From: a virus
Taxonomy: Duplodnaviria > Caudoviricetes
Length of the DNA: 39,332 bases
Strand: one strand, 5' to 3'
IMG/VR virus record: IMGVR_UViG_3300024518_002718
Location: 1-39,332 of that record
The notes beneath the pieces are model-generated. The model searched no databases. It was given only the letters and a program-made list of their open reading frames with translations, and had not been told where the DNA came from. Positions 14,126 to 23,582 of this stretch are shown piece by piece (within the stretch, counting starts at the first letter, position 1; every line of letters begins with the position of its first letter). Both the position numbers and the translations under genes were made by a program.

Positions 14126-16287
14126 ACTGGTTTTCACTGCCTCAGTCTGCCACGGGCAAGGAATTCCCGATCGGCTATGATGAGGCGGGAAATCCGGTGC
14201 GCCGCTCTCGCTTGGGCGCTACCTACACGGCAAAGCCGCAGGCATCGCCCGAGGCGGAAAGCAAGCGCGCCCTGATTGATCAGATGATCAAGGGGCAGGC
14301 TCAAAGCCCCCTCTACAGCCTTGAGCAAGCCCGTATCGACGCACAGCGCGCCGCGGCACCTACGGGGCGCGAAATGGCATCCTCGCTTGTGCAGGGTGCG
14401 TTACAGGGCCTGCAAGCGCCGGGACGCGCTGCGGCTGGTGAGCCGGTGACCTACGGAGACGCATGGGCAACGGCGCTGGACTATGGGGCACTAGGCGCGC
14501 CGATGAAAGCGCCAGAAGGTGCGCTTGGAATCTTCGCTGGTCGTCGTGCCAAAACTGCGGATCTGGATGCCCTTGCGCGGGCTGAGGCTATGGCCAAAAG
14601 CGGCGCGGATCGGTCAAGCATATGGTCTGATACCGGATGGTTTCGGGGGGCTGACGGCCAGTGGCGCTTTGAGATTGACGATAGGGGAACTAAAATAAAG
14701 CCGTATATGTCGCGGGCGGAGGGCGGGGATGTACCCCTAAGCGATACTATTGCGCACCCTGATTTGAATCGTGCCTATCCCGGCATGTTTGATGGTGACG
14801 GCGTATTGGTCGGCTATGACCGGGCCGATACAGCGCGCGGGCAGTATAGGTACGATTCCGATAGCATCCGAGTTAGCGCGCCGCAGGAGTCCGACATGGG
14901 GCAGGCTCGCTCTGTCTTGCTTCATGAGTTACAACACGCAATTCAGAACCGGGAAGGGTTTGCGCCTGGGGGGCGTGCGAGTGACTTCACATCGGGGCCA
15001 ATGTTCGATCCAAAGGCTCGCAGTTTAGGGCGGGAATTGAGCGAGGCCATTTATGGGTCGTCCACTATGCCAGTATCCGACATTGTGAGTGACGTTCGCT
15101 ATGCTGACGTTGAAATTTTGGAGGAAATCAGCCGCGCTTACGGTTTCGAGACTGTTGATGATGCGATGTCATACCTCAAGGCGCAAGACTACAAGCGGAC
15201 GCCATATGCGCAGTACCAGCGGGTGGCGGGGGAGGCCGAGGCGCGCAACGTGCAAACGCGGCGTGATTTTTCCCCAGCGCAAAGAACAAATATACCGCCA
15301 TGGGAGACGCTCGATGTCCCCGAAAAGGCTTTGATAAAGCTGGATGCGCCTGAACCGACAGTCGCCGCGTCTCAGCCTGCGGGCGCGCTGGGGGCGGGGG
15401 GTATCCGCGCTTATCACGGCACACCGCACGACTTCGACCGCTTCGACATGAGCAAGATCGGCACGGGCGAGGGTGCGCAGGCTTACGGTCATGGGCTTTA
15501 CTTCGCGGAAAATGAAGGTGTGGCGCGCGGGTATAGGGATGCGCTTGCGGGCCGGATTGAAGTCCAGCCAGTTCAGATTGACGGTGTGAGGTACAACCCG
15601 CCAAGCGAACAGCACCAGCGTGTCGCCGCTATTATCGCAAAAGATGGTCGCCGAAATGCAATGGCGACTTTGCGCAGCTTGCGCGACCAAGACTTGCTTG
15701 AGCCAGATCAAGAAGCAATTTGGAAAAAATTGCTTACGGACACAAAGGGTAAAGACGTTCAGCCGCTTCAAGGCGGCCACATGTACGAAGTCAACATAAA
15801 CGCGGACCCGGCTGACTTTCTGGATTGGGACGCGCCGCTGAGTGAGCAGCCTAGAATTTTGGACAGGTTTGGATACGCCGAAGCAAAATATCCGGAGGAT
15901 TGGATACCTGACGTTAACATGACTGGCGCGCAGCTTTATAGGAAAATGGGCGGGCAGGCTGAAATTGGGGCGACGACTTCGGCGGGCGCGTTGGCGTCAA
16001 AGGCCTCACGCCCAATTCGTGCGAAAGATGGCACTATAATTGACAAGCCTTTGGGCATTCCCGGCATCAAGTACCGTGACGCAGGCTCTCGCGGCATGGA
16101 TGGCGCAGACGGCACCCGCAACTTCGTCGTGTTCGATGAAAACCTGATCGAGATTGTGCGCAAATACGGCATCGCGGGTGCCGCGGCGCTCACAGGCATG
16201 ACAGTCGCAGAGATAGAGGCGGGCATGGGGCAGGCCCAAGCGGGACCGTCAGCGGCAACGATCGAATCCTACTTGGCTGGCCTATGA
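14116..16287 (+). CDS. Polyvalent protein: LPD23-like + zincin metallopeptidase (HExxH) + ADP-ribosyltransferase-like domain
   Basis: IWSDTGWFRGADGQWRFEIDD; LLHELQHAIQNREGF...Y.R.AGEAEARNVQ.R; AYHGTPHDFDRF...IGTGEGAQAYGHGLYFAE...GIKYRD...NFVVFD. Confidence 0.78.
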   Translation: MDLNWFSLPQSATGKEFPIGYDEAGNPVRRSRLGATYTAKPQASPEAESKRALIDQMIKGQAQSPLYSLEQARIDAQRAAAPTGREMASSLVQGALQGLQAPGRAAAGEPVTYGDAWATALDYGALGAPMKAPEGALGIFAGRRAKTADLDALARAEAMAKSGADRSSIWSDTGWFRGADGQWRFEIDDRGTKIKPYMSRAEGGDVPLSDTIAHPDLNRAYPGMFDGDGVLVGYDRADTARGQYRYDSDSIRVSAPQESDMGQARSVLLHELQHAIQNREGFAPGGRASDFTSGPMFDPKARSLGRELSEAIYGSSTMPVSDIVSDVRYADVEILEEISRAYGFETVDDAMSYLKAQDYKRTPYAQYQRVAGEAEARNVQTRRDFSPAQRTNIPPWETLDVPEKALIKLDAPEPTVAASQPAGALGAGGIRAYHGTPHDFDRFDMSKIGTGEGAQAYGHGLYFAENEGVARGYRDALAGRIEVQPVQIDGVRYNPPSEQHQRVAAIIAKDGRRNAMATLRSLRDQDLLEPDQEAIWKKLLTDTKGKDVQPLQGGHMYEVNINADPADFLDWDAPLSEQPRILDRFGYAEAKYPEDWIPDVNMTGAQLYRKMGGQAEIGATTSAGALASKASRPIRAKDGTIIDKPLGIPGIKYRDAGSRGMDGADGTRNFVVFDENLIEIVRKYGIAGAAALTGMTVAEIEAGMGQAQAGPSAATIESYLAGL

Positions 16288-16511
16288 CCGATCAGGAACG
16301 CCGCTCACTGGCCCAGCAGATCGCCACAAACCCGCTCTATGATGACCTGATGGCGGCGATTGAAGCCGCATACACTGAACAACTGATTTACGCAGACACA
16401 GAGCAGGCCCGACTTGACGCACAGTCCAGAGTACGGGCCGCACGATCTTTCCGCGAGGATCTTGGGGCATTGCTCCAAGACACCCCCGCCGTGAAAGGCG
16501 GTTTCGCTTAA
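16284..16511 (+). CDS. Small conserved head-module protein
   Basis: ATGA-coupled helical 75-aa ORF before the scaffold. Confidence 0.7.
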   Translation: MTDQERRSLAQQIATNPLYDDLMAAIEAAYTEQLIYADTEQARLDAQSRVRAARSFREDLGALLQDTPAVKGGFA

Positions 16512-16545
16512 GCGAGCCGTCCACTAGCCGTGAGGCACCCACTAC

Positions 16546-17493
16546 ATGACAAACGAGAGCGACACCCTGGCTGATGCCGGGACCGAAACCGTTGAAACCT
16601 TCGAAGGCGACAGCCCGTCCGAGTTCGACTTTTACGACCCTGACGAAGATCAGGACACCGTTGAAGCCGATACAGAGGAGGGGACCGACGATGAGGAAGG
16701 CGAACCCGAGGGAGAACCCGACGAGGAACCCGACGCAGAGCCACAAGAAGAGCCAGAGGAAACGCCAAAAGAAGCCGCGAAAGATGCGGTGGTCAAACTT
16801 CCTGACGGGACGGAAACGACCGTTGATGAGTTGACCAAGGGCTATTTCCGACAGGCCGACTACACCCGCAAATCGCAGGACCTGGCACAGCGCAGGGAAG
16901 CGGTGACGCAGGAAGCGACACGAGTTGAGCAGATCACCGAAAGGCTGGTGGATCATCTCACAGCATTCATTCCAGACGCCCCGGACCCGTCCTTGGCCTA
17001 TTCTGATCCCGGTCGGTACACCGCGCTAAAAGCACAGCACGATACCGCCGTTCAGCAGATGCAGGCCATCCTCTCAATGCAAGAGGACGCAAAGACGGTC
17101 AATCAGGGCATGACTGACCGCGAGCGTCACGAAAAGGTCGCCGCAGAGGGTCAAAAGCTGTTTTCCATGTTCCCCGAGGCGGGAACAGCGGAGGGCCGCC
17201 AAGCATTTTTCAACAGCGTGGGAGAGGCGGCGCAAGCTGTCGGTTTCAGCCGTGAGGAAGTGCAAGGCGCAATGGATCACCGCATCTACGCGCTGGCCCA
17301 TTGGGCGCAAAAAGGAATGGAAGCCGACAAGGCCAAGGCGTCTGCCAAGGCCAAGCTGGCGAAGGCTGCACCGACACCCCAGAAAAAACCGGGGCAAGGC
17401 GCAAAGCCGAAAAACTCGAATCGTGACGCAATGAAGCGACTCAACCAGACAGGCAGCATCAAAGATGCGCTGGCGGTTGATTTCGATTTTTAA
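16546..17493 (+). CDS. Capsid scaffolding protein
   Basis: Very acidic N-terminus, TVDELTKGY.RQADYTRKSQ.LA, upstream of capsid. Confidence 0.85.
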   Translation: MTNESDTLADAGTETVETFEGDSPSEFDFYDPDEDQDTVEADTEEGTDDEEGEPEGEPDEEPDAEPQEEPEETPKEAAKDAVVKLPDGTETTVDELTKGYFRQADYTRKSQDLAQRREAVTQEATRVEQITERLVDHLTAFIPDAPDPSLAYSDPGRYTALKAQHDTAVQQMQAILSMQEDAKTVNQGMTDRERHEKVAAEGQKLFSMFPEAGTAEGRQAFFNSVGEAAQAVGFSREEVQGAMDHRIYALAHWAQKGMEADKAKASAKAKLAKAAPTPQKKPGQGAKPKNSNRDAMKRLNQTGSIKDALAVDFDF

Positions 17494-17514
17494 CCCTCAC
17501 TCAAGGACGAAAAA

Positions 17515-18510
17515 ATGGCACAGGTAGCCGGTACTTTCGTGTCCACATCTTCGAACACCAATCGCGAAGAACTCTCAAATGTTGTGGACCGCATCACCCC
17601 CGAAGATACACCGATTTATTCGCTGATCTCGAAATCCACATTCAAGACGACGCATCCCGAATGGTCCACCGACGAACTGGAAGCGCCGGAAGACAACGCC
17701 CAGCTTGAAGGCGACGACTACAACTTTTCGGCCACCACGCCGCCCGAGCGCCTGGGGAACTATACCCAGATCATGCGCCGGACTGGCATCCTGTCAGAGA
17801 CACAGGAAGCCATGGACGAGGCCGGAAACGTCCTCAAGGTCAAAGAGCAGATCGTCAAAAAGGGCATCGTGGCCCGCAAGGACGTTGAATATTCGATCCT
17901 TTCGGCCAACGCTTCTGTCGGCGGCGCAACGCGCAAATCCGGTTCCCTGTCCTCTTGGATCGAAACCAACGTTTCGCGCGGTGGCGGCGGTGCCAACGGC
18001 GGATTTGACAGCGCAACGGGCCTGACCGTCGCACCGACCAACGGGACGCAGCGGGCATTCACGAAGGCGTTGACGGATACCGTCATGCAGCAGGGCTACC
18101 AGAGCGGCGCAAACTTCCGTCATCTGGTCGTCTCGCCTTACGTCAAGTCCGTGTTCGTCACGTTCATGTCGGACAGCAACGTGGCCAGCTTCCGGTACGC
18201 GGCATCCAGCGGCACGAACAACAGCATCGTTGCCAATGCTGACGTTTACGAGGGGCCATTTGGCAAGGTGATGATTCACCCGAACCGGGTCATGTCGGAA
18301 ATGGGCGCAAGCGCGGCGCGCAATGCCTTTCTGATCGACACCGAATACTTGGAATTCGGCTGGTTCCGCAAACTGAAGCGGGACAAGGACGTGGCCAAAA
18401 CCGGGGATGCCAAAAAATTCGTTGTGATCGGTGAAGGCGCGCTCAAGGTCAAGAACGAAAAGGGCCTTGGCGTGATTGCCGACCTCTACGGCCTGACGGC
18501 TGCAAGCTAA
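17515..18510 (+). CDS. Major capsid protein (DUF5309/SU10-like)
   Basis: NREELS..V..ITPEDTP....,HPEW.TD.L, RLGNYTQI, LAKTGD-like VAKTGDA. Confidence 0.92.
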   Translation: MAQVAGTFVSTSSNTNREELSNVVDRITPEDTPIYSLISKSTFKTTHPEWSTDELEAPEDNAQLEGDDYNFSATTPPERLGNYTQIMRRTGILSETQEAMDEAGNVLKVKEQIVKKGIVARKDVEYSILSANASVGGATRKSGSLSSWIETNVSRGGGGANGGFDSATGLTVAPTNGTQRAFTKALTDTVMQQGYQSGANFRHLVVSPYVKSVFVTFMSDSNVASFRYAASSGTNNSIVANADVYEGPFGKVMIHPNRVMSEMGASAARNAFLIDTEYLEFGWFRKLKRDKDVAKTGDAKKFVVIGEGALKVKNEKGLGVIADLYGLTAAS

Positions 18511-18516
18511 GGAGCA

Positions 18517-18942
18517 ATGGCAATGTATGCACCCAAAACCCTCACAGCGTCCAAGACGCTCACGCCGTCTGACGCAGGAACCGCGCTTGTCGTGAATGCG
18601 GCGGCCGGCCTGACCTTGACGCTGCCCCCCGCGACGGGCAGCGGCTACGCCTATAAGATCGTGATTGGCACCACGGTCACATCAAACTCGGTGGTGATCC
18701 AAGTCGTTGGCGATGACACCATGACCGGGCTTGCCATTTCGGCGGCTGATGGCGGCAACAGCGTCAACGGATGGGAAACTGCCGGGACAAGCGACACCAT
18801 CACCTTTGACGGCAGCACCACTGGCGGTCTCAAGGGCGACGTTGTGGAGTTGATCGACTGCGCGGCTGACACATGGTCTGTGCAGATCCGCTCTGCATCC
18901 ACAGCCACAGAGGCAACACCGTTCAGCGCGGCTGTCTCCTAA
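18517..18942 (+). CDS. Putative capsid decoration/minor structural protein
   Basis: Thr/Ala/Gly-rich, TLTLPPATGSG; immediately after capsid and before a terminator. Confidence 0.65.
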   Translation: MAMYAPKTLTASKTLTPSDAGTALVVNAAAGLTLTLPPATGSGYAYKIVIGTTVTSNSVVIQVVGDDTMTGLAISAADGGNSVNGWETAGTSDTITFDGSTTGGLKGDVVELIDCAADTWSVQIRSASTATEATPFSAAVS

Positions 18943-18949
18943 GCAATCG

Positions 18950-18972
18950 GCGGGGCTGTCATGGCCCCGCTT
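18950..18972 (+). terminator. Hairpin after the capsid/decoration genes
   Basis: GCGGGGC-TGTCATG-GCCCCGC-TT; short U-tract. Confidence 0.55.
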
Positions 18973-18990
18973 CCCCTATGAGGTGAGAAC

Positions 18991-19236
18991 ATGACCGAAG
19001 ATGATATCAAGGCAAAGCTGGACGAATTGGGCATCGAATACGATGGCCGATGGGGCACCGAACGCCTCAAGTCGCTTTTGCCGAAGGCCCCTGAAATGGT
19101 GCTTTGCGAAGTGCAGCGCGATTACTGGCCCACCGACGATGAAATGTCCCGTGTTCGCAAGGGGGAAATCATCGAAACCACACCCTTGGACGCGCTTGAC
19201 GGTATCGAAAGCGGCGCGCTTAAGCGGGTGCGGTGA
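18991..19236 (+). CDS. Hypothetical protein
   Basis: RBS GAGGTG; DIKAKLDELGIEYD short helical motif. Confidence 0.75.
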   Translation: MTEDDIKAKLDELGIEYDGRWGTERLKSLLPKAPEMVLCEVQRDYWPTDDEMSRVRKGEIIETTPLDALDGIESGALKRVR

Positions 19237-19560
19237 ATGATTGTCCGGGATGGCGATTGGACGCTCTTTGATAGCGACATCAAGCTGGGCCGCTATGTCT
19301 GGGTGCGTCACAATGACGATGGGTCAGAGACCTACCGAACCGACTACGCGGTGCAGCCGACGATCGACCACAACACGGCATTTCGGAACATGCTTGATCC
19401 GGGCTGGAAGGGCGACTGGCACAAGGTTGCGTCTGTCCCACTGAATATATTTCACGACCAACTTGCCGAAGCATCCCGGCAAGAAGATGACGCCTATTTG
19501 TCCAAGTGGCTCAATGACAGAGACAACCGGGCATGGCGAACTAAGGGGGGGCGTGTCTGA
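19237..19560 (+). CDS. Conserved hypothetical phage protein
   Basis: W.KVASVPL...KWLND.DN...RT..G pattern of post-capsid genes. Confidence 0.75.
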   Translation: MIVRDGDWTLFDSDIKLGRYVWVRHNDDGSETYRTDYAVQPTIDHNTAFRNMLDPGWKGDWHKVASVPLNIFHDQLAEASRQEDDAYLSKWLNDRDNRAWRTKGGRV

Positions 19561-20138
19561 TGGCATTTACCGACTATATCGACCTGCGGACGGCTGTGAT
19601 CGAGGAAGTCGGCGCCCCTGAGATTGCCGACAGATTTGACCGCCTAACGAAACTGGCGGAGGCCGCGTTAAACCGCACGCTTCGCACCCGTTACCAGATC
19701 ACCACATCGGCCCTGACGATTGCCAGCGGCGCGGCGTCACTCCCCAGCAACTTTGCGGAGGTGATTGGCCTTTTCGACGCTCAAGGCCGTGAACTGCTGG
19801 CACGTCCACACCAACTCACAGCCCAGACGTACCAGAGGGGCCAATACAGCGTCACTGGTACGCAGATCCGGGGCGCGGATGGTGACTATAGCCTGCAATA
19901 TTACGCCAAGCTGCCAACGCTCACAGCGTCTCTGACAACAAGTAACTGGCTTTTGGAAAACTTCCCGTCCGTCTATCTCTACGCAGTTTCGGTGGAGGCG
20001 CTAAAGCACCTTCGGCGGATTGATGAGGTTTCGGCGGTTGCTTCAGTCCTAGCGGGCGAAATGGCGTCCGTCGCCACAGATGACTTTGCGGCGCGATATG
20101 CGCGCGGCGGGGTCCGGGTTCAAGGATGCACGCCATGA
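19560..20138 (+). CDS. Head-tail adaptor-like protein
   Basis: Y.DL...V, LAEA.LNR.LR, NWLL...P..YLY. Confidence 0.75.
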   Translation: MAFTDYIDLRTAVIEEVGAPEIADRFDRLTKLAEAALNRTLRTRYQITTSALTIASGAASLPSNFAEVIGLFDAQGRELLARPHQLTAQTYQRGQYSVTGTQIRGADGDYSLQYYAKLPTLTASLTTSNWLLENFPSVYLYAVSVEALKHLRRIDEVSAVASVLAGEMASVATDDFAARYARGGVRVQGCTP

Positions 20139-20776
20139 CGACCGCTGTCTTTAGCGCCTTCACGTATCCCAGCCTGACGCTTCTTGAGGCGGTTCAGGCA
20201 ATGGCGCGGAATGTCGGCATCCCGGTTCCCGATCGGGTTATCGGTGACACTGACAGAACCATGGTCGAGGCGCTGGACTATGCGAACCGTCTTGGCGAGG
20301 AATTGGCGCGGCGCGTTGACTGGGGCGGCTTGGTCATGACCGCGACGTTCTCAGGAACGGGCGCAGATGCCGCATTTTCTCTGCCGACTGACTTTGCCCG
20401 ATTGGTGCAAGGGGTCACTGCGCAATATGGCGGCTCTCCGGTTCGCCCCCTGACGCGGGCTGAGTGGGGGTCACTGACAGCCGTTCAAGGCTCCCCCCGC
20501 TACTTCCTGCTTGAGGCGAAATCCCTGCGTTTCTGGCCCTATCCTGCGCTTGGTGAGGCGGTCTCTGTCACGTACCTTAGTCGGTCATGGGGCACGCAAG
20601 GCGAAGAGTTCCTTGCAGACTCGGATTCCACAGTGTTCCCGTCTGAATTGCTTGTCATGGGGCTGATAGCCCGCTGGCGGCGTCAGAAGGGCATGGACTA
20701 TGCCGACTTCGAAGCGGAGTATGAGGCAGCGCTTGCGCAATATGCGGACTTTGACGACAGGAGCCGCATTGCATGA
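20135..20776 (+). CDS. Second adaptor/tail tubular protein A-like
   Basis: TLL..VQ, LP.DF.R, FLADSD...FP.ELL.MG...RW...KG.DY. Confidence 0.65.
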   Translation: MTTAVFSAFTYPSLTLLEAVQAMARNVGIPVPDRVIGDTDRTMVEALDYANRLGEELARRVDWGGLVMTATFSGTGADAAFSLPTDFARLVQGVTAQYGGSPVRPLTRAEWGSLTAVQGSPRYFLLEAKSLRFWPYPALGEAVSVTYLSRSWGTQGEEFLADSDSTVFPSELLVMGLIARWRRQKGMDYADFEAEYEAALAQYADFDDRSRIA

Positions 20777-22353
20777 GGGCGCGCGTAAACAAGGCGGCAT
20801 CGCGCCACAAGGGGAGCGAACAAACCCCGAGGGTTCCAGCTTTGAACCACACATTCCCGGCACCCGTCCGAGGATGGTCAGTTGATGAGCCGTTGCCCGC
20901 TTCACAACCCGGCCTTGCGCGCATTCTCGACAATTGGGTTTGCACAACGCGGGGCATTCGCGTTCGAGGCGGCAGAACGGAGGTCGATGACATAGGCGCC
21001 CCGGTTCTATCTCTCATCACGTACCGGGCGGCTGTTGAAAAGCTGATCGCGGCGACGGCAAGCGGCCTTTATGAAGTTGGAGGAAGCGCGATTGCATCGG
21101 GGCTTTCCTCTGGGGATTATTCGTCAGTTCAGTTCGGCACGACCGGCGGCGATTTCGTCTATATGGTCAACGGGGTTGATGCACCGCAGCTTTACAATGG
21201 ATCGACCGTTACCGCCATCACCGGGGCATCCTCTCCGGTCATCACGGGGGTTACGACAACCGATCTTTCTCAGGTCTGGTCTTTTGCAAGTCGCCTCTGG
21301 TTTGTTGAGGATGGCACGCTTTCAGCCTGGTATCTACCCACCGACAGTATCGGCGGCGCGGCCACTGAGTTCTCCCTTGCGGGGGTCTTCGCAGATGGCG
21401 GAAAATTGTTGTTCGGCGCGAAGTGGTCACTGGATGCGGGCGACGGGCTAGACGACAAATGCGTTTTCGTCTCCGATGGGGGCGAGGTGGCAATCTACGA
21501 GGGGACGAACCCATCCAGCGCTTCGACATGGCGCCGGGTTGGCCTCTACCGGATGCCGCGTCCATTGGGCAAGCGTGCATTCACACAGGCAGGCGGGGAT
21601 CTTCTGATCGCCACGGTTGCAGGTCTCATTCCCGTTTCTGCGGCTCTAAAGACAGATGCGGGCGCAATCGAACGCAAAGCGGTCTCCCTGCCGATCGGCA
21701 CTTACTGGAGAACGAAGGCATCGCAACTGACGGCCCGCACGTGGGACGTTGTGAAGGCGCATGACATGGGCGTTATCCTTGTTTCCCAGCCGGATACGTC
21801 AGCCACGTCTCCCAGCGTCCTGATGGTCAACATGGTGACAGGTGGGTGGTCTCGTGCCACGGGCTGGGATGCTCAGTGCATCGCCTACTATGGCGGTTCG
21901 ACGTACATCGGGAGCTTAGACGGCAAGGTTTACCTTGTGGATCAGGGCGGCAACGATGATGGCGCGCTTTACACCGCTTCATATCTCGGGGCCTTCGAAT
22001 CCTTGGGGATTGGCGGCGCGCTCAAGACATGCCGTCAGGTCAGGCCCCTGCTTGAAATCGGCACTCCTGTAATTGTCCAATCGGGCGTCAATGCAGACTA
22101 CAACGAAACATTGCCATCACCCCCATCTGCGGCGGCTGATGGAAGTTTGGACGTGTGGGATTCCGCGATTTGGGATACCGCGCGATGGGATGCGGGCGCG
22201 GATCTGCGCACGGCGTCAAGCTGGATAGCCGCGGCGGCGACAGGAACGGCCATCGCCCCCTATCTGCAAATGAGTTTTTTAGGCGCAGCAAAACCAGACG
22301 TTGTTTTGGCGTCGATTGATTTGCAGTACCACACCGGGGCCGTCGTCGCGTGA
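20773..22353 (+). CDS. Tail nozzle/DNA stabilization protein
   Basis: 526-aa beta-rich protein, FPAPVRGW start, after the adaptors. Confidence 0.7.
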   Translation: MRARVNKAASRHKGSEQTPRVPALNHTFPAPVRGWSVDEPLPASQPGLARILDNWVCTTRGIRVRGGRTEVDDIGAPVLSLITYRAAVEKLIAATASGLYEVGGSAIASGLSSGDYSSVQFGTTGGDFVYMVNGVDAPQLYNGSTVTAITGASSPVITGVTTTDLSQVWSFASRLWFVEDGTLSAWYLPTDSIGGAATEFSLAGVFADGGKLLFGAKWSLDAGDGLDDKCVFVSDGGEVAIYEGTNPSSASTWRRVGLYRMPRPLGKRAFTQAGGDLLIATVAGLIPVSAALKTDAGAIERKAVSLPIGTYWRTKASQLTARTWDVVKAHDMGVILVSQPDTSATSPSVLMVNMVTGGWSRATGWDAQCIAYYGGSTYIGSLDGKVYLVDQGGNDDGALYTASYLGAFESLGIGGALKTCRQVRPLLEIGTPVIVQSGVNADYNETLPSPPSAAADGSLDVWDSAIWDTARWDAGADLRTASSWIAAAATGTAIAPYLQMSFLGAAKPDVVLASIDLQYHTGAVVA

Positions 22354-22772
22354 CCCCGGTATGGGATGCCGCCGCGGCTGAATGGGTGGCGGGCCAGCTT
22401 GGCTATGATCGACCATTCACTTCCTGCCGTTCAATGGCTGTCATTCACTCGGGGCGCATCGTTGCCGGCGTTGTGTTTCACGATTGGAACCCGGAGGCGG
22501 GCGTGATCGAGTTGAGCGCGGCTGCAACAGACCCCCGATGGATGACCCGCAAGGTTATCAATGAGGTGTTTGGCTATGCCTTCGGGTTGCTGGGCTGTCA
22601 AATGGCGGTGGCGCGGACTGAGGCCAGCAATAGTACGGTGCGCAAACTGTGGCGCGGTCTGGGCGCGCAGGAAACAATCATTCCCCGGCTTTTCGGTCGC
22701 GCAAAAAACGGCGCAATTCTCACACTGACTGACGACAAATTCCGCACGTCGAAGTTTTACCAGGAGACATAA
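22350..22772 (+). CDS. GNAT-fold acetyltransferase-like virion assembly protein
   Basis: GRIVAGVVFH.W, RW.TR..I...F.Y.F..LGC, N......LG; typical podovirus position. Confidence 0.75.
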   Translation: MTPVWDAAAAEWVAGQLGYDRPFTSCRSMAVIHSGRIVAGVVFHDWNPEAGVIELSAAATDPRWMTRKVINEVFGYAFGLLGCQMAVARTEASNSTVRKLWRGLGAQETIIPRLFGRAKNGAILTLTDDKFRTSKFYQET

Positions 22773-23573
22773 ATGGGCAAGGCATCCCCCCCACAGCCGA
22801 CAGACCCGAAAGACACTTCGGCGGCAACAACAGGCACCAACGTTTCGACCGCGATTGCCAACGCATACCTGCAAAACATGGATGAAACCGGGCCGGATGG
22901 GTCGCGGACATTCTCGCAAACGGGGTCTCAGTCTATCTTTGACCCCTATACCAAGAAAACATACGACATTCCGCGCTTTTCGGTCGAAACCACTCTTTCC
23001 CCGGAACAGCAGGCAATCAAGACGCAAAACGACGCTACCAGCCTGAACCTGGGCACGCTTGCGAATGACCAATCGGCCTTTCTGAACGATTACATGTCTC
23101 AGCCGTTTTCCTACAATCCGGGGGAGCATGAAAACTGGGCGCTTGGCCTGTATGAGCAACTGAACGGCGGGAAGATTGACCGGTCGCGCGAGGATCTGCG
23201 GTCCCAGCTTGCAAATCAGGGAATCACGATGGGGTCCGAGGCCTATGATAGGGCCATCACAAATTTTGACACATCGAACATGGATAGCCGGAACCGCTTC
23301 CTGCTGGACAGCTACAATACCGGAATGCAGACCGACCTGACCGAGCGAAACCAGCCTATAAACGAGATTATCGGCCTCATGTCCGGTTCTCAGGTGCAAA
23401 TGCCGCAATTTCAGACCGGGGCGGGTATTGGCGGCATCACGGGCACGGACAACGGCGCGATTATTGCCAACAGCGATGCCGCACGGATGCAGGCATGGCA
23501 GCAGCAGCAAGCGGCCACGGGCAGCATGTTCAGCGGCTTGGGCGGCCTGTTTTCTGGCCTTGGCAGCTTGTAG
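22773..23573 (+). CDS. Internal virion/DNA ejection protein
   Basis: MGK start, Q/N-rich, LANQGI..GSEAY, Gly-rich hydrophobic C-terminus. Confidence 0.7.
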   Translation: MGKASPPQPTDPKDTSAATTGTNVSTAIANAYLQNMDETGPDGSRTFSQTGSQSIFDPYTKKTYDIPRFSVETTLSPEQQAIKTQNDATSLNLGTLANDQSAFLNDYMSQPFSYNPGEHENWALGLYEQLNGGKIDRSREDLRSQLANQGITMGSEAYDRAITNFDTSNMDSRNRFLLDSYNTGMQTDLTERNQPINEIIGLMSGSQVQMPQFQTGAGIGGITGTDNGAIIANSDAARMQAWQQQQAATGSMFSGLGGLFSGLGSL

Positions 23574-23582
23574 GAGGCGAAT

